Origin: Amphiscolops sp. MND2022 | Taxonomy: Eukaryota | Length of the DNA: 64,000 bases | Direction of reading: 5' to 3' | Assembly: GCA_964187785.1 (NCBI GenBank) | Contig: OZ076409.1 | Coordinates: forward strand, 16,618,001 to 16,682,000 | Shown: positions 48,071-60,831 of the stretch, in pieces | Numbering within the stretch: position 1 is the stretch's first letter | Layout: each line of letters begins with the position of its first letter | Position numbers and translations under genes: made by a program | Notes under the pieces: model-generated | The model's database searches: none | Told to the model about the DNA's origin: nothing | Seen by the model: only the letters and a program-made list of their open reading frames with translations

Positions 48071-48657
48071 CTGCGTGTGTCAGCGATTATTTGCTAACTC
48101 TACTCTCACTGCTGCGGCAGAGAAGACGAAAATTACCTGAACAATGCCTTTATTGACAGCAGAATTCATCATTCCTTACACAAAAGAAGAAATTACCAGC
48201 CCAAACATAAAGCAAGCTGTTTACAAAGAATTCCTTTGCAAGCTTTTACATGCTTTATCGCCTACTCATATTGACAGCGTGACATGCATTAAATCGTACG
48301 TGTCCAAACATGCGCCAGCGCATGAGCATGAAAAGAAGCTTGAATGCATCAAAATTATTGCTCCAAACTCGATAGAAAACGACTTCAAAAACCTACTTCT
48401 CAAAGGAATTCCTTACAAAAACCGGATAATTTATGCATTCCAAAACAGTGATGTTTATTCTAACTCCTACCCAAAGCAATTCACTTTGAAATTCCGCAAT
48501 TTACCACACTTTTTAGAAGATGGAGAGATTGTGGAGGCTTGTAATCTGCAAGAGTACAAAATTTCCAAATTACGCCACCAAAGAGTAAGAATTTCTGACG
48601 ACATCGAAGCCTTTACTGGAATCTGTTATGCTGAAATAGAGATTGCCAATCAATGCC
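48071..48657 (+). mobile_element. Family D element, copy D2, cut by the assembly gap (ORF starts 48144)
   Basis: Same 5' junction as D1 after AGCCTAATTGTTGTGATA (48053-48070); a few substitutions versus D1. Confidence 0.88.
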
Positions 48658-48857
48658 NNNNNNNNNNNNNNNNNNNNNNNNNNNNNNNNNNNNNNNNNNN
48701 NNNNNNNNNNNNNNNNNNNNNNNNNNNNNNNNNNNNNNNNNNNNNNNNNNNNNNNNNNNNNNNNNNNNNNNNNNNNNNNNNNNNNNNNNNNNNNNNNNNN
48801 NNNNNNNNNNNNNNNNNNNNNNNNNNNNNNNNNNNNNNNNNNNNNNNNNNNNNNNNN
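48658..48857. other. Assembly gap (200 N)
   Basis: Run of n. Confidence 1.
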
Positions 48858-50176
48858 GGAGCTATTGTGCAGTTATTAAATTTATTACAGTGCTATTTAA
48901 TTATTAATAACCGAGTCACACCGCTCAGCAAGCGGCCTGAGAAACCAATGGCGAAACTGGGGCCTGGCAGTCGGCCTCAAACTCAAGCAGCAAGACGCCG
49001 GCCTGGCAAGCGGCTGGGAAGTGAAAAACACGCCACGCTTTAATCTACCATGTGAATGCGTTGACAATGAATACATGTTAAAGTAATAATGTTGTAAACA
49101 TAATTAACAAGGCGCTTTACACATTAATTGTACATATAAATGAACACCTGTGCTAAATTTGAAACACCAATATACTGTGGCACGGGACGTGGCCTGAGAA
49201 GAGAATTTGCTGAAACCCATTCCGGAAATGGAAAACGATGATGTCATTAGTATTTTCTGTTCTCTCAACAAAACCGCAACCTAATATACATGATTGTAAG
49301 CGATAATCGTTGATTGCATGTAATTTGTAACAATTTTATTCATGTAACCGAGTTTAATTTATGAACGCATTAAACCATGGCCTAGACCCCGGCCTAGGAT
49401 TAAATTCTTTGACCCGTGGCTATTTAATGACTATTAATGATCCGTACTACCTTTCCAAGCCAATTCCATTCAATTAGATTAATCAACGTCCCAAATATAT
49501 TCCCGACATGATTTATTCCACGTAAAATTTCCGCTTGTTGCTACTTAACCTTTGTTATGAGGTGTTATTTATTTTTCCTAAATGTCCCAGACCACAGCCT
49601 GGGACCGGGATTTTCTCTTTTGTACCTAACTAGTGCTTTTTTGCCCCATGAGTGGATTTATAAATCGCTTTGCAGTTTCGTTAATATAATCGTTATTTTG
49701 CGCAGTATTTGAACTGATTAATTTGGGAAATTTTCATTTTCCATGAAATGATTGTCATTGCTTTACTGTCATTTTTCCATCTCTTGAGCGTAAATTAGTG
49801 AGTCAATGTACAATTCCACGCTGAATTCAGCTTCGGCGTCCTAAAGAAGCGGGAATTGGAGGCGAAGGGAAGCGGAGTCGCAACTCAGACAGGAAGTGGA
49901 CGCGTGCTTTCCTTGGAAAGCATGAACAAGCTGAAAGTCATAGCTCGACAAAGCGGAATTGAACTTCGGTTTCCTTGCCTTGGAGAGACACCGGACTGAA
50001 TGAAGTGTGAAAGTGTTGTGGATTTTTCCCGCTTCACGTGCGCGGAAAGTATATATACTTGTAAAATGTGAATTAATTTTAGTTGAAAAATTATTCAAAA
50101 TACAATACACATCAAACCTCTCAATTTTCTTCACCTTGTCGAATAGTCTTAAGCTTTCTGGAAACCCTAAACTAAA

Positions 50177-50533
50177 ATGCCTGAGAGATCGTCTAAAAGA
50201 AAAGCGAGAAGTGATTCTGCTTCTAGTCCACAAGGCGAACCTGAGACTGCTTGTCAAAGGATTGAGAACGTGCCTAGCATTTCTGAACGAGACTTCTCTG
50301 AGATATCAGAAAAGATTAAAAAATCCGTCATTTAGAGGACAAAAGATACTGAGATCGGACAAAGGGAGATCCTCAAAATGATTGAAAATCTATCCTCGAA
50401 AATAGATTAACTGTCTGACCGAACGCCCAGGACTGAAAATTCAGAAGCAGGCCAAGTAGACATTGAAAATCAAACTTCAACATCCAGATCACCTGCGATA
50501 CGCGAGCTGCCCCCATTAGAGGGTCAACACAAT
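50177..50533 (+). pseudogene. Degenerate reading frame, possibly a retroelement gag/ORF1 N-terminus remnant
   Basis: MPERSSKRKARSDS...FSEISEKIKKSVI*RTKDTEIGQREILKMIENLSSKID*; coiled-coil-like composition with two in-frame stops. Confidence 0.3.
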
Positions 50534-50951
50534 AACTTTGCTACTGTGGTTTAACTTGACAAAATGCAAAAGTTCGAAACTAGTTCGTTAAGAACCCCGC
50601 CATTTTCCTGACAGGTGTGATTCAGTCGAATATGATACATTTTCACTTTGCAAACATTATTTCAGTTCAAAAAATCGATGTGCTTATTATCTCAAAGACT
50701 CGCATGTTTTGTTGTATGGAGGTGTAAATAGCTATACAGAAATTCAGCCGGTAGCGAACGTGAAAAGCCACTGTGTCAACGCAATGTATTCTGGTGTAGC
50801 TTTGTGCTCTTAGATAGTTTAGTTTGACGATTAGTTGCTGCTTGATTTCTCAACAAGATTCCGTATAGTAAGTAAGCTCGTATGGAACTACGTGTAGTGC
50901 GTTCTCTGCTATGGTGGTTGTTTCGCTCAGTGAAAATGGTGATGAAATGAG

Positions 50952-52619
50952 ATCGGCCGACTTTTATTCGCCATCCACATACGTCTCTTTCGATTGATCT
51001 TCGAGGAAATATCATATGTTAACTGAAGACCGTTTCGGCAAGGTTTTAACTGGTTTTGACTGGCAACTTATCTAAGTGCTCCCACTTTTCAAGTCATAGT
51101 TCTTGACTGTAGAAAGGAAATTTGGTGGGCCTTGAGTGTAGGCTGCTTTGAAGAACCTTGCCCTTGATTATTTGAATTGGAGTTGCTAGATTTCTCCATC
51201 ATGGCTAACATAAGGCCCTTCAGTTCACCAATTTCTGACCGACCGGAGAGCATTAAACTTTCTTTCTTAAATGTACTTTATTTCAGGTATTTGGGATTTG
51301 GGACGACACACTGGAATCTCCTACTGACTCAGTTTCCGAAGCGTTGGTGTCAGTCATTGTAACAGAGTCAATTGGCTGTGTGAGAATGTATTGTTGAATC
51401 AACAATTCTTCCACTTCTAAGCCTGGTACTTTCTTCTGAACTCATACGATGAACAAGAGACCTATTTTGAGTAAAGACTGGAATGGCAATGATTTTATGA
51501 TGAAGTATTTTTTTACCTTACCTTACGAATAAATCGTGTTTTAGTCCACTAATCTGGACTAAATCGAATCAAATTTCCACAATCGAATCATGCAGTTATT
51601 CACGATGAAAATGCAATGAATTGTTGTGGTAACTAGTATCGAATTGATTTTACTGCTCTGGCCTCAACAAATTCTGTAAATTGGAAAGGAATATGATGAG
51701 GATTGGAAAATGCGTAGTCAGTTGAGGCTGTACTATGAAGGAAATAGCAAAGGTGGTTGAAAGTAGCTATAAGGTACCCGTGTAGTAAGCTGTATGAGTT
51801 TTCACTGACTAATCACTTATAGCGGCTTCCCCTTTAGCAAATTGCGTGTCACGCAGAAAGAGGTCTTACCAACCGTCCCTTTTCATTGGTTAGGTCAGCA
51901 GCTGTTAAATAGTAGTCGGGTGACTACCAATGACGCCATTTGCCGCTGGATGGCCTAAGCTAATGCCATCAATTCACAGTCTCACTAATTACCAGCACAC
52001 CATTTGGTTACCATGGTGATGAATTGCGCCTTCTTACAACAATATGGATCACCGATGTATAAACGATGAACTAGTGTAAATCATTTTCCAACCCACCAGA
52101 TTTACGCTTTTATAGATGATCTAATAATGAAGTATCCTCAATTCCTTGACAAGCAAACTTACATGAGCTCTGTCAGAGTTTCTTTGTACTCTGTTCTTCC
52201 GTAAGTGATGTACAACCGATGCTTTTGCTTTTAAGGAAGTGAGAAGGAATTGATGATGAGTTTAGTGATTGAACCTGACGTATAAAATGAAACCAACCTA
52301 TTGATGGTTAAAATAAATCAGTATAATCATCACGATGGACTTATGACGGAATGTCACGACATTTTCACTCTGAGGCGGGAGTCTGCTGTCTTTATAGGAT
52401 AATTCATCTTATTTACATCTGTCGGTCCAGCCTGATCTAAATTTACTGAAAACGCCCATCACTTTTCCTTGCTACAGTGAACTAAGACTTGAAAAAGGGA
52501 GCACTTAGATAAGTTGTCAGTCAAATCCAATTGAAACATAAGTATTCAGTTAACATTTGAGAATTCCTCTAAGTTCAATCAAAAGAGACGTGTGTGGATG
52601 TCGAATACAATCGGCCGAT
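50952..52619. repeat. Degenerate ~170-bp inverted repeat pair (about 50952-51130 and 52454-52619)
   Basis: CAACTTATCTAAGTGCTCCC versus GGGAGCACTTAGATAAGTTG; ATCCACATACGTCTCTTT versus AAAGAGACGTGTGTGGAT. Confidence 0.75.
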
Positions 52620-53654
52620 TATAATGGCAGAAGAAGGATGAAAGCAAAACAAACGAGCAGCCAGATCTTTGTGACCTTTAGCAAGTCAATTTGAAACGAC
52701 AGCTTCAATCTTACCAGTGATTGACCCATTGGTACCATAGTTTGCTATGGGGAAATAGTACTTGAGAAGGCCGTCAACCTTGCCCTGTTTCACACAAACG
52801 CAATATAATAAATGAAAACTTCAAAAACAAAACAAAGAAGCTAACAACCAGTGAATCAGGAAAAAAAAATTCGGCAAAGGCGTTCATTTCCATTTGTTAT
52901 TGAACAACTTTTGATATAAGTCTTTTTTATCTCACAGGAACCACAAAATCGCAAGGACGTCATCCCTAAAACGTTTTCTTTATCTGAAAACGACAAAATG
53001 CCGAAACTTATGGGAAGAACTTTCGACAAAAAGGTGCACACTGCTGAACAATCCAAACAAAGGACAGCACTATCTGCGCTCCCGCGGCGCTTTGTATTTG
53101 TTTTCGGTAAAATGGAAAGTCTTCCAAAAAAGTTGACAGTGGCGAAAAAAAACCAATAGGATCCTTTGGCCCCCTTTAATCATTGCAACCTTTCAAAGTT
53201 TTGGTCCACGCGGGAACTCAACCCATGTACTCTTTTTGCAGACCCCGGCACCACGAAGAGAGACAAATATCAAATTTACAAGTTTACAAGTATCAATTGG
53301 TGGAAAAAAAATTAGAACGCACCTGAGCTTTTTAAACATGTTCCACAGCGAGCTTCTTGAGGTATCTTTTTGACACCGTTGCGCACCCAAGACAAGGCTT
53401 TCCTCCACGCTTTTTGTCCTTGCGGCCCTTTACTTGAAAAGGCTCATAATTGTTTTTTCAGATTTAACTGGTGTAATTTAAATGTTTGTCGTAGGTTCAC
53501 TTTCACCTGAGTTATCAGACAATATGTAACATCAACGTCTGGCAGACTATGGCAGACCGGTTTATTTCAATTGGGACCTGAAAAATTCGAAGTAGCTAAG
53601 GTGACGTCGACATGGAGCATGTTCGATGAAAAAGAACTCTCCTCTGAATTAAAG

Positions 53655-54110
53655 AAACAAGCCGGACCGCCCAAGTCGGCGCCATATCCAAGGCTCAAAA
53701 ATAGCAAAAGGACATTAAAGTTTCAAAGTTTTCTCTTCTACAGCACTGAAAATTTTTTTTGAAAAAAGTCTCACAACGCCAAAAAAATTGAAAGGGGGGA
53801 CCCTTTGGGATTTTTCTATACCCAGTCTGTCGCAAAACCCAAAAAAATTGAAGGGGGACCCTTTGGAGAAATTTTTTCCCAAAAAAAGTCTCGCAGTGCC
53901 GAAAAAACTGAAAGGGGGGCCTTTGGTCTCGTCCGGCATCGTATGTTATGCGGGAAACTTTTTGGTTCTGTTCCCTGGGCCAACAGGTGAAATTTGAAAT
54001 TTTGTAGAACTTTTGGTAGAACTATTTTGGTCAGTTCAGGTGGTCTTAAAAAACACTGACGAAAAGCCATGACCATAGTCGACCCTTTCTCTAGAAAAGC
54101 GCCGACTAAA
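53655..54110 (+). mobile_element. DINE-1/Helentron-like non-autonomous element
   Basis: Starts AAACAAG; subterminal IRs AGTCGGCGC / GCGCCGACT; terminal hairpin; internal AAAAAATTGAAGGGGGACCC subrepeats. Confidence 0.55.
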
Positions 54111-54196
54111 AAACACTAAATTCTGAAGTTAAAATGAAAGTAACAAACATGTTCATTCATAGAAAACGGTAGTGTAACGTTGCTTGGTATAAATTA

Positions 54197-54730
54197 AAAC
54201 AAGCCGAGAACGGCCAAAGTCGGCGCCATATCTAAGGCTCAAAATTTAAAGGGGGACCCTTCGGGCTTTGTGAAACTCCAGCTGGTTGCAAAAAATTTGA
54301 AAAAAATTGAAGGGGGGGGGGGGCCCTTCGGAGACATGAAAAAATTTCCCAAAAATTTTTTTAATGAGATTTTTGAACAGTGTCACAGTGTCGAAAAATG
54401 TAAAAGGGGGGCCCTTTGCGATTTTTTGACATCCATTGTGTTGCAAAATATCGAAACAAATGAAGGGGGGACCCTCTGGTGCAATCCAAATCTTCAAAAA
54501 AAGTGCTGAAAAAAAGTGGGGCTAAGGTGTGTTTTCGAGGTTGTGGATGTCTGTTTTGTTTTTTCTTTTCGTTTTGGACGCGCTTCTGAGGTTGGAGTTG
54601 TTGAGGTTTGAAGTTGTTGAAAATTGAGGTTGTTGAACAAATGAACAAAAAAGTGGACCTTTCGTGTCTAAAAAAAACTACCCACTGTAATAGTCGGGCA
54701 CATTTTCTACTAAAATGCGCCGACTAAAAA
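54197..54730 (+). mobile_element. DINE-1/Helentron-like element, related copy
   Basis: Same termini as 53655-54110; hairpin TAGTCGG...CCGACTA. Confidence 0.55.
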
Positions 54731-57379
54731 GAGCAACATAAGCGCGTAGAGAAAGACCGCGAAAACTAGCGAACTTGAAAGAGCGCCTGCTGGAAGACAT
54801 TTCGCAGAGAACCGGATACTCAATTAGCGGGTGTTAATAGCACCAACATGGAATACAGACCGTTCGCGTATCTTTGGCAGGTTGCTACTATTTATAATGA
54901 AATAATGGCCTGATTCTTGAGCACAGTGCATGTAGCCCCTTCTTAACGTACGTTGCCAGTACGATGCTGTACAATATGGTCATTTATTACTGCTTAAGCT
55001 CGTGAGCTACTATTCTCATACCTGCCATGGAAAAAGAATTTTACTAGTTTTTACCAACCCCGTTTTTAAAGGCCATCTAAGCGTTGGTCTTTAGGACAGA
55101 AAAGAAGATGCCCCTTATTCTTAGCAGTAAAAGATTTGGACAGGTTGCCGAGAACTCAAGCGAAGTGGGACTGCCTCCCCGAAGCGGCGTATTTCGTCCT
55201 CGGGAGGCAAAAAGGACTTCTTGTTGGCAGATGGGAGTCCGTTCTCAGCAAAAAACTTCATCACTACAGTCTTCTTCGTCTTTTGTAACTTTGTTGGGTG
55301 ACAGCTTGACGTTAAAATTTCTACATGTAAAATAATTTTTATTGTGCGATTTATTGCAGTGTATAATAACCCAAATAGGTACTATTGGAAAGGATTGATT
55401 GTACGCGCCCGGACTGGATTGATTTAAAAACAAACTAAAACAAATCTACGTCACCGCTTCGACAATACAATTGAATTTGCGTCGCCGCTACCTCACAGCT
55501 TGGCAGCTAGCTAGAAATTCATTCCAAAATACTCGTCAGCATCTGGTCAAACTAGGCAACTTGCCATAAAACTTGTCAACGCTACGTCGCAAATTTACGA
55601 AAATAAGCGTTTGAACGGTTTTCAGTTTATAAATTTTGTCAACTTAGCCGGGAAATGCCAATTAAAACTGGTCTAGTCTGCGTAAAATACTGTCAAAATA
55701 AGGAAAAATTATAACAGGATCATTTTTTCACGTCACATTCACGTCAACTAGCAATTTTAACCAAAACATGCCGGTTTTCACGTCCACGTTTCGTCATGTG
55801 AGAATAAAATTATTTGAAAAGAAAAGTGAGATATCCTAAATGTCTAATTCAAGAAACATTTTTAAATGCTCACAACTGTAAGTCACAGTTTATATTCACA
55901 ATATGAAGTAACACTTGGCCACTGTTGTTTGCTGTAACGTTTTTAAAAAGCATTTATACAAAATTGACGTCGGCTCGACGTGCTAAGCGACGTTTGTCTA
56001 ACTTTATGAACTTGAAATAATGATTCTAATGATGCTTTCTAAAGATTGGTACTTTACTTTGATACCTGTTAATATCATTGTTGAACGAACCAAGTTGCTT
56101 TTTAGATAACAAAGGTTGATGTTGCTAACTGAAGTTACTGTTGCGTTTATTTTAAAAATTGACGTTGTCATTTCATTGCCTAAAATGTTTTTTGATATAA
56201 TAAATGGCATTTTGCTAATTGTAAATGGTAATTACATCAAAAGAATTAAGTCCATGTTAAACGGTGTACATTTTACTTTTCCTAGCATTATAAATAGTCA
56301 TTTTAAAGGTTAGTCACAAACTTTTCTTCAAGTCGAAATTCAAAATCAGGTGTCACTTGTTCACGTCAGCGTTAGCTCCGCGTCATATTTTCCGCGAACC
56401 AAAGCAGTAAAACAAGGAATCATATCCTGTTTGACAGACTGAAGTAAAATCTAGTTCCTGCTTGGGAGGAAATAAAAGGGTGCCGGAATGAAATGATATG
56501 ATTATGTGTAATAACTAATACCAAATTGAGAATTTCGTCTCTTTGAAATCGACGAGATGTCGACGTGGATTGAAATATTAAATGAATTTTGCCGCGAATT
56601 TACAGGAAAAGACTAAAATTGCGAGGAATTTTATGGTACGCCGATATAAACAAATGATGTTAGGAGGGTATAAATTGTTTGTACTTGTAAAATTATTCAT
56701 TCAAATTTGTGCTTCAATCTGTAACCCAACCTTGTTTTCAATTTCGATCAATCTCTACTTTTCTAAAGCGCAAAACCTGAACGCTAAAATTGAAATACAA
56801 ATTACATAACAATCATATCTTCACCAAGATGTCTACCAGAAGTCGGTAAAGGAAAATAGCCCAGCAAGTGATCAACGCAAATGACCCAAAATAGCGATTT
56901 GAACAAAGTTCGTAACAGTTTGATTCCTTTTTAGTAAGTTTTTCTGTTCTTTAAAATCACGATTTTCCAAAATCATGCAGTAGTTTTTTGTGAATCTTTT
57001 GGCACTGTTCTTATCATAGTTTGCTACATTAGGCGAGAATCTTAAAAAAGTTGCATAGTTTCCTAGTGTGTCCCTTGATGACTCTGCGTCTCTGTGTAGC
57101 AAGTATTTAGCAGACATTTCGTCACACCGCAATTTCTTCTAAGGCAGAAAGTCAATGAGATGGAAATCAGTGAAATTTAAAAGTCAAGTTGTCATTCCAT
57201 AGCTGACCAACCGGGGATGCACCGCTGGCCAACGCTGGTGTATTAGTAAAACACTTTGACCACCAAAACTAGTTTTTTTTCGCCCATATTTCATATGAGA
57301 AAGGAAAATATTTGAATCAAATGGGTTTTATACAAAAGTTGCCAAGCACCAATTTTATATTCAACTTTGCAATAGCTAT

Positions 57380-59660
57380 TTGAGGAGATTTATGGACTTG
57401 ACCCCAAAGACACCAGAATGACCCAATTTGAACTTCAAAAATTAGAAAAAACTACAAAATTTTCCGAATTCAATTTTTATGCATTTTTGTAAAAATTTCG
57501 ATGAACTTCGTGGATTAGATTGTCGAAAACGTTCAACAAGGCACAAATTCATTGTCCAGTAGTTTTTTCCGAAGAGGTACTTGCTGTTTTCTATTTAAAA
57601 AAGATCTCAAATTGACACCGCAAATGACAAAGAACCCAAAATTTTCCAATCTTCAATGTTTTTATGCATTTTTTATCAAATTTTTGACAGACTTGGTGGT
57701 TTGGAATGAATGTTGAAAAGGGTCAACAAGCAAAAAATATTAAAACAGTAGGCTTTTCCAAAAATTTTTTTTTTGCAGTTTTCAAAATGAAAATATCTCA
57801 AATTGGCGCAGAAAATGACAAAAATCCAAAACTTCCAAACTTTCAAGTTTTTATGCAATTTCTGTCAAAGTTTTGAGAACCTCCGTGGATTGGAATTTTG
57901 AAAACGTTCATCAAGGTAGAAATTTGTTATCCAGTGGATTTTATTGAAGAGAAAGTTTCAGTTTTCCTAACGAAAAAGTCTCAAATTGACACAAATTGTC
58001 GAAAATCCCAAGCTTGTTTTCAACTTTTAACGTTTATATGAATTTTTTCCAGAATTTTTGACAGACTCCGGCGTATGGAATGTTGAAAAGGGTCGAAAAG
58101 GGACGAATTTGTCGTCTAGTATGCTTAGTGAAGAGATATACTCAGTTATTCAATTGAAAAATGTCTGGAATTGACATCGAAATTGATAAAAATTCCAAAA
58201 CAAATATCCGAATGTCATCATTTTTGTTCAATTTTTGTCAAACTATTGATAGACGTGGTGGACTAGAATATTGAAAATTCTAAACAATGGAAAACTTGCT
58301 GTTTCGATGAGCTTTCGTCAAAAGAGAAACACAACTGGTAATGGAATAATGCCTAAAATTGACTGGAGATAGTCGAAATCTTCGAAGACTTGTAGTTTTC
58401 GATGAAATTTCTGTACCATTTTTGAGAGACTTCTGAAAAGTTCCACGTTCCAAAACAAAAGAAAAAGCTATGCATCACATTTTTGAAAAGAACGTTGCAG
58501 CGTTTCGCGCCAAAAACACTTCAGAATGACTCCAATTGAGTCGAAAAAGTTCAACATCTTCGTTTTTATGCAACTCCTCTTTTTGCAGAATCGTTTTGGA
58601 GTTAGAACGAAGGCAAACGTTCAAATAAGAAAACATTTATAATCCAGTTGGCTTTTAAAGAATTATTTGCAGATTTCGAATAGAAAATGGCTCAGAATTT
58701 ATCGCAAAATTCCAAATTCTCAAAGTTTTTGCTGATTTCGACATTCTCAGTGAGTTTTTATCTGAGATTGGAAACTTTTGGTGAAATAAATGTTTCGAAT
58801 AGCTTCAGAAGATGAAACAAGATAAATTTAGGTCCTCAGGTCGCTTTTAAAGCGGGAATTGTATGTTTTATGAAAGTTTCCTCACAATGATACAAATAAT
58901 GCAAAAAGTGAGAATTGTCAATTTTTCGTACATTTTTAGGCAGCGTCTGTACAATTTTCGAGCTACTTCCTTGCAAAAAATGGTTTTAAAAACTCAACAA
59001 GGACAATCTTTGTATCCAGTAGGCATTTTTGAAGATATAGCATCAAGTTTTTGTTGGAATTGGACTCAAAGGACCCCAAAGTATATGAAACAACAAATAA
59101 GGACTTTTTTTACAAGTTATTCACAATTTTTGTCCAAACCACGAAAGTTTTCAATCAATGAAACTTCCATTGACCCGAGCGTTGAAACAATAGGGTATTC
59201 AAAACCCAATTTGGTGAAAAAGGGATGGAATTCTTCTAGGTTACAACAAACGTGTCAAAATTTCCAAATTTTCCCAAGTTTCGACATCATTACTGAAAAT
59301 TTACTTCAATTAGAAAACCCATAGGCCCAGGATTGAAACTTGTAGCTACAGGTAGTGTTTGAAGAAAATGTCTGACAAAGTTTGCACATTTTTTAAAAAC
59401 TTTACTTGAAAACGTCAGTTCCGACCTATTTTGTCAAATGTTTATTATTCGATGAGCACCAAGCAAAATCACTAGATATGGAGTACACCTTCCAAAAGAA
59501 AAACCTTCGAGCTAATTCGTGGATTAGAATGGTGTAAACGTTCAACAACAGCTAAACTCGATGTCCAGTAGGCCTATTTTTGAAAAGACTTCTAAAGAAC
59601 CACGTTAGAAGAGTTTCTCAAATTGACCCTAAAGTTGTCAAAATGTTTTCCAATTTTCGA
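57380..59660. repeat. Highly diverged tandem repeat, ~185-190-bp period
   Basis: GAAAACGTTCAACAAG-like motif recurs near 57527, 57717, 57901, 58087, 58274, with AAATTGAC and TTTTATGCA motifs in phase. Confidence 0.65.
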
Positions 59661-60360
59661 CACTTCTGGTGGAACTATATGCAACAAACCAGGACCGGTC
59701 AAGTGTCCTAAACTTGCAAAAGACTTAGTTTTAAGGTTATATTATTTTCTATGAGTCCAAATTACCTAAGAAGTACGCCTGAGACTCGGAAACCACTTTT
59801 CCCCAACAGGAATTACAAAAAATCCATTTTTTGAAGTTTTTTGGTAAAGTCCTATGATGACCTAAAAAATTTTAACTCTCAAGCCGAAATTAGCTATGAA
59901 ACTAAGGTGGTACCCTTCGACCAAATGAAAGTTTCGGAAAGATGCACAGAGCCGAGAAAAAACTGTAATGTGGTATTTTCCAAAATCATTGAGAAAACTT
60001 ATCAGATCCACATCATTCAAAAGTAACAAAAAGGTCCTCGCAAGACTCGTGAAACTTATGTCCTTTAGAGAATTCCTCACAAACTAAAAATTAGGAAATA
60101 TGTTTTTCGAAATTTGTTTTCGAAAAAAAAATAGCTTTACTCGGTAAGTCCTGTAGTGCCGAAAAAAACTGACCAGCTATCGCACAACTAATAAATAAGG
60201 TGTTTCCTTTAAAATTGGGCTTAGATGAATCAAAGCAGCTTTTTTTGACTTTCTTTGCGTTTTCATAGTGCCTTGGCTATTTTTGTGCCTCAAGCTTATC
60301 TGACTGTAGCTCTTTTTGTGGCGGAAAATATCTCGCTGCTCAGCGGGCGTCTTTTCCCTC

Positions 60361-60831
60361 AGCGCCTTTTCCCTCAAAGAAAAAAGCCCGACTATTACAG
60401 TGGGTAGTTTTTTTCAGCCTACAATCTTACTCTGAATGGTCCACGTTTCTTACAGTTTTTATGAGTCATGAATTTTTGCCTACGAAGTACTTTTATTTTT
60501 TCAAAAGCTTGCGAAGTATTTTTACATCATCTAAGAAACTAAACGGGGCCAAAGGGTACTCACTTAGAGTTTTTTCGGCTCTGTGAGACTTTTTTCCGAA
60601 AACCAATTTTTCACCAAAGGGTCCCTCCCTCAATTTTTTGATATTTTCCGACAGAATGGATGTTGAAAAATCCCAAAGGGTCCCGTTTCAGTTTTTTTGG
60701 CATTGTGAGACTTTATTTCATTTTTTTTCATAAAAGGGTCCCCAATTCACCATCACTTTGACATTTTGAAAACCTTTTGCTATTTTTGAGCCTTAGATAT
60801 GGCGCCCACTTGGGCTGTTCCCGGCTTGTTT
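60361..60831 (-). mobile_element. DINE-1/Helentron-like element, reverse copy
   Basis: GCCTTAGATATGGCGCCCACTTGGGCTGTTCCCGGCTTGTTT and CCCGACTATTACAGTGGG are reverse complements of the termini at 54197-54730. Confidence 0.55.

Larger units (their letters stand above)
1..48657 (+). repeat. Tandem SL RNA / 5S rDNA array, 905-bp unit, 23 5S copies, interrupted by 14 site-specific insertions
   Basis: 5S starts at 129, 1034, 1939 etc. are spaced exactly 905 bp in uninterrupted units. Longer spacings are accounted for by insert plus TSD (one unit also has a 9-bp deletion near 13390). Confidence 0.98.

Noticed and set aside
1..48657. CRISPR-like or integron-like cassette array interpretation
   Set aside because: Repeats are eukaryotic 5S/SL units, and the cassettes show TSDs, 5' truncation and RT, consistent with retrotransposition
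48144..49043. 299-aa ORF spanning the gap
   Set aside because: Artefact of translating through Ns
53200..53260. tRNA-like 3' end on the minus strand
   Set aside because: No full cloverleaf; at most a decayed SINE fragment
53571..60377. Short ORFs in the post-gap region
   Set aside because: They fall in low-complexity or dispersed repeats and lack recognisable domains
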